NCBI GenBank assembly: GCA_964432875.1
Contig: CAYSPJ010000002.1
Coordinates: forward strand, 54,473-118,472
Length of the DNA: 64,000 nt
Origin: an uncultured Phaeodactylibacter sp.
Lineage (GTDB): Bacteria; Bacteroidota; Bacteroidia; Chitinophagales; Saprospiraceae
Direction of reading: 5' to 3'
The notes under the pieces were generated by a model. It saw only the letters and a list, made by a program, of their open reading frames with translations, had not been told where the DNA came from and made no database searches. Shown one piece after another: positions 38,098 through 47,090 of the stretch. The position numbers and the translations under genes are program-made. The stretch's first letter is position 1, and every line of letters starts with the position of its first letter.

Positions 38098-38628
38098 ATG
38101 TACTGGATATCCAGCCGTTATATCTACTGTTTTTTTGCCTGCTTCACCATGGCCGTGCTGGCCAGCTGTGGCGGCGCGCCTGGCCAGGATGCCTTTGCCG
38201 ATTGCCGCTATGGCGCCCCGGAGCCGATCTTTCACGCCAGCCTTCCTGCCGTTGCGCGGCACGATTTCCAGTTGCTCAAGGGGCAGGGTATAGAACAGCT
38301 TGCTTTTAAAGACGGCCTGGAACTGGAGGTGCTGCAGTCTGGCTGCGAACATATCGAGCAGGAATTCCACTTCCGGCAGGCGGGCAAATTCCAAAAAGCC
38401 CCCTCTGATTTCTGGATAGATGAAGCGGCCCGGATTTTTAACCGCTTGGGCAGCCTGGGCCCGGAATATCTTTCCTATTACTCCTTAGCACAAGCCATAG
38501 ACGAACAAGCTGGGCGCATCAGATTGGGCCAGGATATGGAGCTCCAACCCGGTTTTTTCTTCAAAATGGAACCTATATCGACAGCAGATGAAACGACCTT
38601 GGTGGTTAGGCTGAGCGAACGCCCTTGA
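38098..38628 (+). CDS. Hypothetical lipoprotein
   Basis: A hydrophobic N-terminus with lipobox-like LASCGG. I recognise no family. Confidence 0.45.
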   Translation: MYWISSRYIYCFFACFTMAVLASCGGAPGQDAFADCRYGAPEPIFHASLPAVARHDFQLLKGQGIEQLAFKDGLELEVLQSGCEHIEQEFHFRQAGKFQKAPSDFWIDEAARIFNRLGSLGPEYLSYYSLAQAIDEQAGRIRLGQDMELQPGFFFKMEPISTADETTLVVRLSERP

Positions 38629-39016
38629 ATTGGAGCGGCAATAAACCGTAGAACCTAAAAAAAATTTCAACTTGATTTTCAGTACCTTTAGCTTTGACTG
38701 CCAGTATAAATTAAATAATTACAGTTGCGTTAAATACTATTGAACAGCATATTAATCAAATAAATTACAAGCTTCAACATCTTGCTATCCGACAAATTGT
38801 CAGCGCTTTTTTTTGCCTGGCAGGGTATTTTAGCCTATCTTTACCCCACAATAGCAAGAAAGCATTTCCACCTCTCCTCTGAACGGAACACTTTTCGGCA
38901 AAGCTGCGCGCCTTGCCTGATGTGTTTATTGTGGCAATGTTTCTGCCCCTTCGACATTCAGGTCCGGAATGCCAAAATTCGGACAGTAAAATATAAGTAT
39001 CAGCAAGTTAGATGAG

Positions 39017-39048
39017 CTCCGCTACACTAGGTGGCGGGGTTTTTTTTT
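39017..39048 (+). terminator. Strong intrinsic terminator with no gene immediately upstream
   Basis: The 9-bp stem CTCCGCTAC / GTGGCGGGG contains G-U pairs, has a 5-nt loop (ACTAG), and is followed by T9 (39040-39048). The nearest upstream plus-strand CDS ends at 38628. Confidence 0.7.
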
Positions 39049-39074
39049 GCCTTTGCACAAAGTGCTTATATTTG
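39046..39074 (+). promoter_or_regulatory. Candidate lpd promoter (-33 TTTG / -7 TATATTTG)
   Basis: TTTG at 39046-39049 and TATATTTG at 39067-39074, with a 17-nt spacer, about 95 nt upstream of the lpd ATG. Pattern match only. Confidence 0.3.
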
Positions 39075-39169
39075 CAGCGGCATGCAGCGGCGAACAAGAA
39101 GCTTCGCCGCGGTGTTGGGCATAAACTGGATAAGAAGCATTCAATCAAAATATAAAATCGAAACACAAC

Positions 39170-40570
39170 ATGGATAAGTTTGACCTTATTGTAATAGGTA
39201 GCGGCCCCGGGGGGTATGTGGCAGCCATCAGAGCATCTCAACTCGGCATGAAAGTCGCTGTAGTAGAACGCGAGTCCCTGGGCGGCATTTGCCTGAATTG
39301 GGGCTGTATCCCTACCAAAGCCCTATTGAAAAGCGCTCAGGTTTTTGACTACATCCGCCATGCAGAGGATTACGGCATCAAAGTGAGCGGTGCTTCGGCA
39401 GATTTCGGCAGCATGGTCAAGCGCAGCCGGGGCGTTGCCGACGGCATGAGTAAGGGCATCAACTTCTTGTTCCGCAAAAATAAAATCACCGTGCTGGAAG
39501 GCGACGGCAAGCTGGCAGCTGGCAAAAAAGTAGTCGTTACCGATGGTCAAGGCAGTACTAAAGAATACAGTGCCGAGCATATCATCATCGCCACTGGCGG
39601 TCGGGCCAAGGAGCTGCCTAGTGTGCCCATTGACGGCACCAAAGTCATCGAATACCGCAAGGCAATGAGCCTGGAAAAGCAGCCAGAGACGATGGTCGTG
39701 GTCGGCGCCGGCGCTATCGGCGTCGAATTTGCCTATTTCTACAATTCCATCGGCACCAAAGTTACGGTAGTCGAGTTCCTGGAGCAAGGCTTGGTGCCGC
39801 GTGAAGACCCCGATGTTTCAAAAGAGCTGGCTAAAGTCTATAAGAAATACGGCATCAATGTAATGGGCAACACCTCGGTGGAGTCGGTGGATACCAAGGG
39901 CAAGGGCTGCAAAGTGACCGTCAAAGACCGGAAAAGCGGAAAGACTCAGGAAATCGCCTGCGATGTAGTGCTCTCGGCGGCGGGCGTCACCCCCAATACA
40001 GAGAATATTGGGCTGGAAGCACTAAACATCAAAACCGACCGGGGGATGATTACGGTGGATGAATTCTACCGCACGAATGTGGCAGGCATTTACGCCATCG
40101 GCGATGTGGTGCCCGGGCCCGCTTTGGCTCATGTGGCCAGCGCGGAGGCCATTATCTGTGTAGAGAAAATCGCCGGCCACAAGCCCGAGCCGCTGGATTA
40201 TAACAATATCCCTTCTTGTACCTACTGCTCGCCGGAGGTCGCTTCGGTGGGTTATACCGAACAAGCAGCCAAGGAAGCCGGCTATGAGCTGAAAGTGGGC
40301 AAGTTCCCCTTCTCCGCTTCGGGCAAGGCCAGCGCTGCCGGGGCCAAGGAAGGTTTCGTCAAAGTGATCTTCGACGCCAAATACGGTGAGTTCCTGGGCG
40401 CGCACATGATTGGCGCCAACGTCACCGAGATGATTGCGGAGGTAGTAGCGGCACGTAAGCTGGAGACGACCGGCCATGAGATCATCAAAACGGTACACCC
40501 CCACCCCACTATGAGCGAAGCAGTGATGGAAGCCGCCGCCGCAGCTTATGGGGAGGTGATACATTTATAA
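39170..40570 (+). CDS. lpdA: Dihydrolipoyl dehydrogenase (E3)
   Basis: GSGPGGYVAA, redox disulfide GGICLNWGCIPTK, GAGAIGVEFA, and C-terminal HPHPTMSE. Confidence 0.92.
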   Translation: MDKFDLIVIGSGPGGYVAAIRASQLGMKVAVVERESLGGICLNWGCIPTKALLKSAQVFDYIRHAEDYGIKVSGASADFGSMVKRSRGVADGMSKGINFLFRKNKITVLEGDGKLAAGKKVVVTDGQGSTKEYSAEHIIIATGGRAKELPSVPIDGTKVIEYRKAMSLEKQPETMVVVGAGAIGVEFAYFYNSIGTKVTVVEFLEQGLVPREDPDVSKELAKVYKKYGINVMGNTSVESVDTKGKGCKVTVKDRKSGKTQEIACDVVLSAAGVTPNTENIGLEALNIKTDRGMITVDEFYRTNVAGIYAIGDVVPGPALAHVASAEAIICVEKIAGHKPEPLDYNNIPSCTYCSPEVASVGYTEQAAKEAGYELKVGKFPFSASGKASAAGAKEGFVKVIFDAKYGEFLGAHMIGANVTEMIAEVVAARKLETTGHEIIKTVHPHPTMSEAVMEAAAAAYGEVIHL

Positions 40571-40603
40571 GGGAAAGCGCCTAATGCGCTCAACTGCTAG
40601 CGA

Positions 40604-40646
40604 GCCTTGGCTGGGTATAGTAAACCAGCCAAGGCTTCGTGTTTTA
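40604..40646 (+). terminator. Intrinsic terminator after lpd
   Basis: The perfect 11-bp stem GCCTTGGCTGG (40604-40614) pairs with CCAGCCAAGGC (40625-40635), followed by TTCGTGTTTTAT. Confidence 0.75.
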
Positions 40647-40733
40647 TGACGTATCCTGAGTTATTATTGCCGCTAAATGTTGTGGTTAAACGATTTCCCG
40701 GGATGGATGCCGCTTTAATCATGAAAAGCCCGA

Positions 40734-42029
40734 TCAGCCCTGCGCCATCCCCACGCTCCTGATACCCTCGAATATACGCTGGATGAGGCGCTTGTCAAGG
40801 GTGATGATCGTAGCCTGGCCTGACATTTCACGGGTGGGTTCCAACTGCCGCCCGAGCGTAGTCGTCAAACCTTGGGGGAAGAGCACCTCGACTGTGATCT
40901 TGCCATCTATCGGCACCTGGCTTTTAGCTTTCACCTGGCCGATGACGGCCCCATATTCGGCAAAGGCATAGCTCTCTAGCTTGACGATCACTTTTTGACC
41001 GGGCTCAATTTTGACCGATTTGGCAGCTTCCAACTGGACGATCCCTCTTACCTCATGCTGTTTGAGCGGTACGACCACGCCAATCTCGCGGTTTTCTTCC
41101 AAAAACTGCTGTTCGCTGATGCTTTCCAGATCGAGGGATACGATGCCGTCAATGGGGGAGCTAATGATGAATTTTGCCTTCCATTCGCTCATGCTTTTTT
41201 GCAGGTTGCGGAAACTCTGCTGAAGGGCAGCGGCAGCTTCTGACTGGTTTTCCCGGGAGTTGGCACGCAGGCCACTCATCTCGCTGCGGATGCGGTCGAT
41301 ATCAAAGCCTCTGCTTTTGATGCTGCTTTCAATGCCCTCGCGGATGCGCTGTAGGCCCAATAATTCTTCCCGTGTGCGGTTGACGCGTTCTTCCGCCAGG
41401 AGGCTTTCCCGCCCCAACTGCTCTTCCCGGCGTAAGCGGGCTTCGACGCTTTCGATTTGGCGGTTGATGCTGTTTAGCCTATCCTGGTCACTGCCAGCCA
41501 AGCTTTGCAGCTTTTGGATCTCTTTTTGTTGCTGGCTCTGGTTCAGCCGGTCATAAGGGTTGGAAAGGAAGCGCTGGTAGTCGCTTTGTCGGCGGTAAAA
41601 CTCAAATAGGCTGGTTTTCAAATCGCCCAATACGAGGTTGCCCGGCACTGAAAAGGCCAGGAGGGCCGAATCAGTAGGTTGCCGGACAGCCAAGAGGGCA
41701 TCTTCAAGCGTAAGGGCATCCTCGATATTGGCATTATTTTCAAAGACAATCAGCACTTCGTTGGCTCTAACCCGCGATTCGTTCTGCACTCGGATCAGCG
41801 CTATCCGCCCTTTGGTCGGTGTGACCAATCGTTTGGGCGGGTCCGTAGATACGACCCTGATATCGCCCTCGATCTTATCCGGATATTGTATCATGAAGCC
41901 GACATAGCCCAGGATGACGATGACGACCAGAGCCAGCAGGGTGCCAAACCTGGTCATCCAGCCGGGCGGCGTGCCCAGTATTTCCTGTACTTCTTCGCTT
42001 CTGAGTTCTATGTTGTCATGCTCTGCCAT
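40734..42029 (-). CDS. HlyD-family secretion (membrane-fusion) protein
   Basis: A cytoplasmic N-terminus, one TM segment (FGTLLALVVIVILGYVGFMI), a long coiled-coil middle and a beta-barrel C-terminus. It lies directly downstream of the C39-ABC exporter. Confidence 0.85.
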   Translation of the reverse strand: MAEHDNIELRSEEVQEILGTPPGWMTRFGTLLALVVIVILGYVGFMIQYPDKIEGDIRVVSTDPPKRLVTPTKGRIALIRVQNESRVRANEVLIVFENNANIEDALTLEDALLAVRQPTDSALLAFSVPGNLVLGDLKTSLFEFYRRQSDYQRFLSNPYDRLNQSQQQKEIQKLQSLAGSDQDRLNSINRQIESVEARLRREEQLGRESLLAEERVNRTREELLGLQRIREGIESSIKSRGFDIDRIRSEMSGLRANSRENQSEAAAALQQSFRNLQKSMSEWKAKFIISSPIDGIVSLDLESISEQQFLEENREIGVVVPLKQHEVRGIVQLEAAKSVKIEPGQKVIVKLESYAFAEYGAVIGQVKAKSQVPIDGKITVEVLFPQGLTTTLGRQLEPTREMSGQATIITLDKRLIQRIFEGIRSVGMAQG

Positions 42030-42094
42030 GTCCAGTTGTTTTGTGATTTGGTTGTTTGGACAAAAAATCAGCGGCTACAGCTCTTTCCTTCCCC

Positions 42095-44284
42095 TTAAGC
42101 GCCCAATTCCAACTGGTTGCGCACGAGCTGGTAGTAAGCGCCGCGCAGGTAAGTCAGCTCTTCGTGATTGCCCTGCTCGACAATCTCCCCGCTATCCAGC
42201 ACGATGATATTATCGGCATTCATCACGGTGCTCAGGCGGTGGGCGACGATGACGACCGTGCGGCCGTAGAAAAACTCTTCGAGGTTTTCCATGATAACCA
42301 TTTCGTTGTAGGCATCCAGGGCGTTGGTCGCTTCGTCGAAGAAGATGTACTCCGGGTTTTTGTAAACTGCACGGGCGATCAGCAGGCGTTGTTTCTGGCC
42401 CTGGCTCAAGCCCAGGCCATCTTGCCCGATTTTGGTATTGTAGCCGAGAGGTAAGGATTCGACAAAGCCCTGGATATTGGCCACTTTCACTGCCCGGAGC
42501 AGTTTCCTTTTGTCGATCATCTCATCGCCCAACGCGATGTTGCGGGCAATGGAATCGTAAAAGATGTAGCCATCTTGCATGACGACCCCGCATTTGCTGC
42601 GCCACAGGCGGCTATTGATGTTCGAGAGGTTGATCTCTCCCAGCCGTACGGCGCCTTCGGTGGGCAGGTAAAAATTCATGAGGAGCTTGAGTAGGGTCGT
42701 CTTGCCGCTGCCGCTGGCGCCGACTATAGCAGTAGTCTGCCCTTTGTAGATGCGCAAGTCGATATTGCGCAGTACGGCAGGAGACAAGGGGCCGTTGTAA
42801 TGGAAAGTGACGTTTTCCAAGAGGAGGTCTCCAGATTCCGGAAGCAGGGTAATCTTCTCCTCGATGTTCTCTTCGTCTTCTCGGGTATGTATCTCGTTCA
42901 TGCGCTCCAGGCTGATTTTGGCTTCCTGCATATCGCGCAGGAAATCAATCAGTTGAGCAAGGGGGCTATTGAGTTGGCCGATGATGTATTGAACGCCCAG
43001 CAGCATCCCTAGCGTCATCGTGCCATCAAGCACAGATTTAGCGACGATGAAGGTGATGAGCAGGTTTTTGGTTTCGTTGAAGAACGTAGCGCCGCCACGC
43101 TGTAGGTGCTCGATGCGCAGTGCGCTGATACCGGTGCGGAAAAGCCTGGCCTGTACGCGCTCCCAGGCCCACCGCTTCTGTTTTTCGGCATTGTGCAGCT
43201 TGATCTCCTGCATGCCGTTGATCAGTTCGATTAGCTTGCTTTGGTTTTCCGATGATTGATCGAAGCGTTTATAGTCGAGTTCGCGGCGCAGGCTCTGAAA
43301 AAAGAAGATCCAAATCAGATAGAGGATGGTACCCCCCATGAAAATGGCAAACACCAGCGGGCTCCACCAGAGCAACACCAGGGAAAAGGCGATGTAGTTG
43401 ACAAAAGTAAAAACCGACATCAGGGAGGTGGAGGTCAGGAAGCGCTGCACCCGCTCATGATCGGCGATGCGCTGCATGAGATCCCCGCTGATTTTAGTAT
43501 CAAAGAACTTGATGGGCAGCTTGGTCAGTTTAATCAGGAAATCGGAGATCAAACTGACATTGACCCGGATGCCGACGTGTAGCAATATCCAGCTCCGGAA
43601 CTGTTCCACGGCAAGTTGGGTGGCAAAGAGCACGAGCTGCGCCAGCAGGATGATTTTAATAAAATTCAGATCGACGTTGCCGATACCCCTATCGACGATG
43701 GCCTTGATGAGGAAGGGGAAGCACAACTGTATCACGGTGCCCAGCACCAGCCCGATGACCAGTTGGATCAGCAGCGCCCGATACTTTTGAAAGTAGGAAA
43801 ACACATAGCCAAAGCCGGCTTTATTGACCCCTTTCTCTTCGCGTTCGTAAAATTCCGGCGTCGTCTCCAATAATAGAAGCACACCCTGCTCTTCGCCATT
43901 TTCCAGGTCGCTGGCCCAATTGTCAAGAAACTCTGCTTTGGTCAATTTGAAAAGCCCGACTGCGGGGTCGGCGATCCAGGCATGCGTAGGTGTGACCCGA
44001 TAGACGACGACGAAATGTTCCTGTTTCCAGTGGGCGATGCAAGGCAGGGGCAGGTCGCGGGCCAGGCGGCCATAGGTCGTTTTGACAGCCAGCGATTGCA
44101 GGCCGATATGTTCGGCAGCATCGCTGATGCCCAGCAAAGAAACGCCTTGCTTACCCATGTAGGTGAGCTCGCGCAGGTATTCCAAGGAGTAATACCTGCC
44201 CCAATGGCGCGAAATCATCCGCAAGCAGGTAGCCCCACAATCCATTGAGTCTAACTGGCGGTAAAATGGAAATTTCCTCAACAT
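42095..44284 (-). CDS. Peptidase C39 domain-containing ABC exporter (bacteriocin/double-glycine peptide type)
   Basis: The N-terminal C39 domain has QLDSMDCGATCL (Cys), EHFVVVY (His) and WIADP (Asp). This is followed by 6 TM segments, Walker A GASGSGKTT, signature LSQGQKQRL and Walker B IFFDEATNALD. Confidence 0.9.
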   Translation of the reverse strand: MLRKFPFYRQLDSMDCGATCLRMISRHWGRYYSLEYLRELTYMGKQGVSLLGISDAAEHIGLQSLAVKTTYGRLARDLPLPCIAHWKQEHFVVVYRVTPTHAWIADPAVGLFKLTKAEFLDNWASDLENGEEQGVLLLLETTPEFYEREEKGVNKAGFGYVFSYFQKYRALLIQLVIGLVLGTVIQLCFPFLIKAIVDRGIGNVDLNFIKIILLAQLVLFATQLAVEQFRSWILLHVGIRVNVSLISDFLIKLTKLPIKFFDTKISGDLMQRIADHERVQRFLTSTSLMSVFTFVNYIAFSLVLLWWSPLVFAIFMGGTILYLIWIFFFQSLRRELDYKRFDQSSENQSKLIELINGMQEIKLHNAEKQKRWAWERVQARLFRTGISALRIEHLQRGGATFFNETKNLLITFIVAKSVLDGTMTLGMLLGVQYIIGQLNSPLAQLIDFLRDMQEAKISLERMNEIHTREDEENIEEKITLLPESGDLLLENVTFHYNGPLSPAVLRNIDLRIYKGQTTAIVGASGSGKTTLLKLLMNFYLPTEGAVRLGEINLSNINSRLWRSKCGVVMQDGYIFYDSIARNIALGDEMIDKRKLLRAVKVANIQGFVESLPLGYNTKIGQDGLGLSQGQKQRLLIARAVYKNPEYIFFDEATNALDAYNEMVIMENLEEFFYGRTVVIVAHRLSTVMNADNIIVLDSGEIVEQGNHEELTYLRGAYYQLVRNQLELGA

Positions 44285-44464
44285 CTTTCCTAACTATGGT
44301 TTGGCATCTTTGCCGTTGCCGTCAGTGCTTTTTTCTGAAACAGCCTAAAAACCCACGAAATATAAAGCCTTCGCTGCTTTTATAAAACTTTTGACGCTGA
44401 TTTCTTTCAAAACGGACAATTTTAAGCCCAAAATTCTTCATTCTGAACAAAGATAGGGAAAAAT

Positions 44465-45451
44465 ATGGCTATTTTTGCCGCCAACAAGGCCAAGCAGATG
44501 TTTAACAGCTTCATATCAGTAGTAGGGGTCATCAACCAGGCGGAGGAGCTAGAACTGCTGCCGGATTACTTGAGCAATCTCTACCCCGTGCTCCGTGAAA
44601 ACTTTTCGGATTTCGAGTTTATCCTGGTCAACAACCATTTCGGGCGGCCATTGGACCCCTTCATTGAGCCACTGCCTGAAGATCTGAAAAAAAACATCTA
44701 CCTGCTCAACCTCTCGCGCCATACCAACCCCAACCATGCCATCCTCGCTGGCCTGGACCGCGCTAACGGAGACTATACCATCATCTTTGAGCTGGCTTTT
44801 TACCAGGAGCCCGAATGGGTGCTCAAGCTCTTTGAAAAAACCCGGGAGCATTTCGACATCGTCTATCTCCGGGCGCAGTATCGCAAGGTCGGTTTGCGCT
44901 TCCGGCCGTTTTACAAGCTGTTTTACTACATCCTCAAGCACTACTCTACCCTGCAATTGGATGAAAAAGCGCATGATACCCGGATTATTTCCCGCCGGGC
45001 GCTCAATTCGCTGCTCCGCCTACGGGAAAATCTTCGCTACATGAAAGCCATCTACTCCATCGTAGGTTATAATACGGCCTGCCTCGAGACGCCGATACCC
45101 TTGCAAAACAGCCGGTCAGACAGTTTTTCTGAACGTTTCCGCACCTCCTTGGTGGCCATCACTTCTTTCACTACTTTCCTGCGCAGCCTGCTGCTATGGA
45201 TTTTTGCTTTCTCCCTGGTCTTCCTCCTCGGTGTTATCGTCAATGCGCTGAAAGTGAAGTTTACGGGTATCGACCTCTTTGGTAATACGGGCGAGCCTTT
45301 CTCCGGCTGGACTTTCCTGGTGGTGCTCATCGCCGTCTTCTTTGCCACCACCTGCCTCAACCTCTACATCATGTCCATCTACCTATCCAATATCTACAAT
45401 GAAATTAAGCAGCGGCCGCTGTACATCATCGAGTCTATCAAACGGTTTTAG
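44465..45451 (+). CDS. GT2-fold (GtrB/DPM1-like) membrane protein with degenerate catalytic motifs
   Basis: It is colinear with polyprenyl-phosphate glycosyltransferases (ISVVGV...FEFILVNNHF...LNLSRHTNPNHAILAGLDRANGDYTIIFELA...) and has two C-terminal TM segments. The DDGS and DxD positions read NNHF and ELA. Confidence 0.6.
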   Translation: MAIFAANKAKQMFNSFISVVGVINQAEELELLPDYLSNLYPVLRENFSDFEFILVNNHFGRPLDPFIEPLPEDLKKNIYLLNLSRHTNPNHAILAGLDRANGDYTIIFELAFYQEPEWVLKLFEKTREHFDIVYLRAQYRKVGLRFRPFYKLFYYILKHYSTLQLDEKAHDTRIISRRALNSLLRLRENLRYMKAIYSIVGYNTACLETPIPLQNSRSDSFSERFRTSLVAITSFTTFLRSLLLWIFAFSLVFLLGVIVNALKVKFTGIDLFGNTGEPFSGWTFLVVLIAVFFATTCLNLYIMSIYLSNIYNEIKQRPLYIIESIKRF

Positions 45452-45485
45452 CGGTTTTTCAAAGGCCGACACAGCTGAACAAGCG

Positions 45486-46043
45486 CTAATTGAGGCGTTT
45501 CCCGTCGCGGTATTCGATCAACCTGGCCCTTGGGTAAGGAGTCGATAAAAAGTTGAGCAAAAAATCATCCGCATCTGCGGCTGACTGGAAGCTGCCAATG
45601 GTATATGAATAGCTTTTGTCCGTTATTTTTTCCACGCAAAGGTTGCCGTGGCGCTGAAAAAGCTCATTATCGGGCAAGAGCAAGCTATCCACGACGACGA
45701 TTTCGATTTTGAAGCCAGTATAAGCTTTAGGCAGATTACGGGCTGCACTATGTGTACTGTCGATGCTCAGCGGGCTCATGGGGATAACCATTGGCGGCGC
45801 AGCTTTGCTCTCAAAAGGGTTGGGCTGGTAAGGCGTGTATTTGCCCTCGTCCAAATCCCGGCCAAAACCGCGCCCGGCGGGGATAGTGTCTGGGAGCAAA
45901 AAATAATCGGGCAGAACTTCTGCCCCACCTTTGGTTTTGTGCCCATTATTTTCCAAATTGCCAGCTCCTAAAGCCGGGTAGGATGACCACAATACCAATA
46001 TGGCTGTGGCGAGTAAAGCAAAGGCCTGGGTAGTTTTGATCAT
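45486..46043 (-). CDS. Hypothetical secreted protein, possible SPOR-like C-terminal domain
   Basis: Signal peptide MIKTTQAFALLATAILVLWSSYPALG. The C-terminal FKIEIVVV...YSYTIGSFQSAADADDFL resembles the SPOR beta-alpha-beta-beta pattern, but the call is weak. Confidence 0.4.
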   Translation of the reverse strand: MIKTTQAFALLATAILVLWSSYPALGAGNLENNGHKTKGGAEVLPDYFLLPDTIPAGRGFGRDLDEGKYTPYQPNPFESKAAPPMVIPMSPLSIDSTHSAARNLPKAYTGFKIEIVVVDSLLLPDNELFQRHGNLCVEKITDKSYSYTIGSFQSAADADDFLLNFLSTPYPRARLIEYRDGKRLN

Positions 46044-46123
46044 AGCATTGGATTTTATTATGTTTCAGTTCGAATGCAGGCATTAAAGTTAATACAAACA
46101 ACTATCATTACCAACTGCTTATT

Positions 46124-47038
46124 ATGAGTTTGCGCATCGTTTTTATGGGGACGCCCGAATTTGCCGTCCCTTCTTTGGATATTTTGGCAAAAAACGGCTA
46201 CCAAATAGCCGGGGTGGTGACGGCGACCGACAAAACCGGCGGGCGGGGCGGCAAGCAGCTGCTCCAATCTGCTGTAAAAAAATACGCTCTGGAAAATGGC
46301 TTGCCGATACTGCAGCCCGACAAGCTGAAAAGCCCGGAATTCCTGGAGCAGCTCCGGCAGTTGCGTGCTGATTTGCAAGTGGTAGTGGCCTTCCGCATGT
46401 TGCCCGAGCTGGTCTGGAGCATGCCGCGCTTTGGCACTTTCAACCTACATGGTTCGCTGCTGCCAAAATACCGGGGAGCTGCCCCCATCAACTGGGCCGT
46501 CATTAATGGGGAAAAAGAAACGGGCGTCACTACTTTTTTTATCCAACACGAAATAGATACCGGCGACCTCATCCTGCAAGAGCGCCTGCCTATTGGCGAA
46601 GATGAAACGGCCGGCGAAGTACATGACCGCATGATGCTGCTCGGCGCCCAAGCGGTGCTGAAGACCGTCCGGGCCATTGAATCTGGCAACTATATCTTGC
46701 AAAAACAAGATGAGCGACTGGCTAGTAAAGCTCCCAAGCTGTTCCACGAAACCTGTCAGATCGATTTTCATCAGCCAACGCAAAAAGTCCACGATTTTAT
46801 CCGCGGGCTTAGCCCATACCCCACCGCCTGGACGGTACTCGAAAACCAAGAGCTCAAAATTTTCCGTGCCGAGCAATCAACCGAGCCCCTCTCCCACCCT
46901 CCTGGCGTTTTTTCCTCGGACAATAAACGCTACATCCGTGTCAGCACGCTGGATGGCTACATCGAATTGTTAGAACTCCAGTTGCAAGGCCGCAAACGGA
47001 TGAGCGTAAAGGATTTTTTGAATGGATTTTCTTTTTGA
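46124..47038 (+). CDS. fmt: Methionyl-tRNA formyltransferase
   Basis: IVFMGTPEFAVPSL and NLHGSLLPKYRGAAPINWAVINGEKETGVT, 304 aa. Confidence 0.92.
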   Translation: MSLRIVFMGTPEFAVPSLDILAKNGYQIAGVVTATDKTGGRGGKQLLQSAVKKYALENGLPILQPDKLKSPEFLEQLRQLRADLQVVVAFRMLPELVWSMPRFGTFNLHGSLLPKYRGAAPINWAVINGEKETGVTTFFIQHEIDTGDLILQERLPIGEDETAGEVHDRMMLLGAQAVLKTVRAIESGNYILQKQDERLASKAPKLFHETCQIDFHQPTQKVHDFIRGLSPYPTAWTVLENQELKIFRAEQSTEPLSHPPGVFSSDNKRYIRVSTLDGYIELLELQLQGRKRMSVKDFLNGFSF

Positions 47039-47090
47039 TCGTTTGGGTAAAATGATAAGAAAATTTTAACTGAGTAAAAGATCATATCAA

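Noticed and set aside
37993-38394. A 134-codon N-terminal extension of the folE ORF.
   Set aside because: The extension has no FolE similarity and would run across the divergent promoter region into the 38098 gene. An ATG-ATG at 37992 gives a normal-length FolE.
38782-39015. A 77-aa ORF upstream of the orphan terminator.
   Set aside because: It has a TTG start and a Cys-, Phe- and Leu-rich odd composition (CAPCLMCLLWQCFCPF), with no signal or motif. It is more likely non-coding.
38629-39169. RNase P RNA, tmRNA, SRP RNA or 6S RNA in the long intergenic region.
   Set aside because: The hallmark strings are absent. There is no GAGGAAAGTCCGGGC or ACAGAACCCGGCTTA (RNase P). There is no tRNA-like 3' end with CCA and no tag ORF (tmRNA). 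AGGTCCGGAA is present but is not followed by GGAAGCAGC (SRP). The region is kept only as an unclassified candidate.
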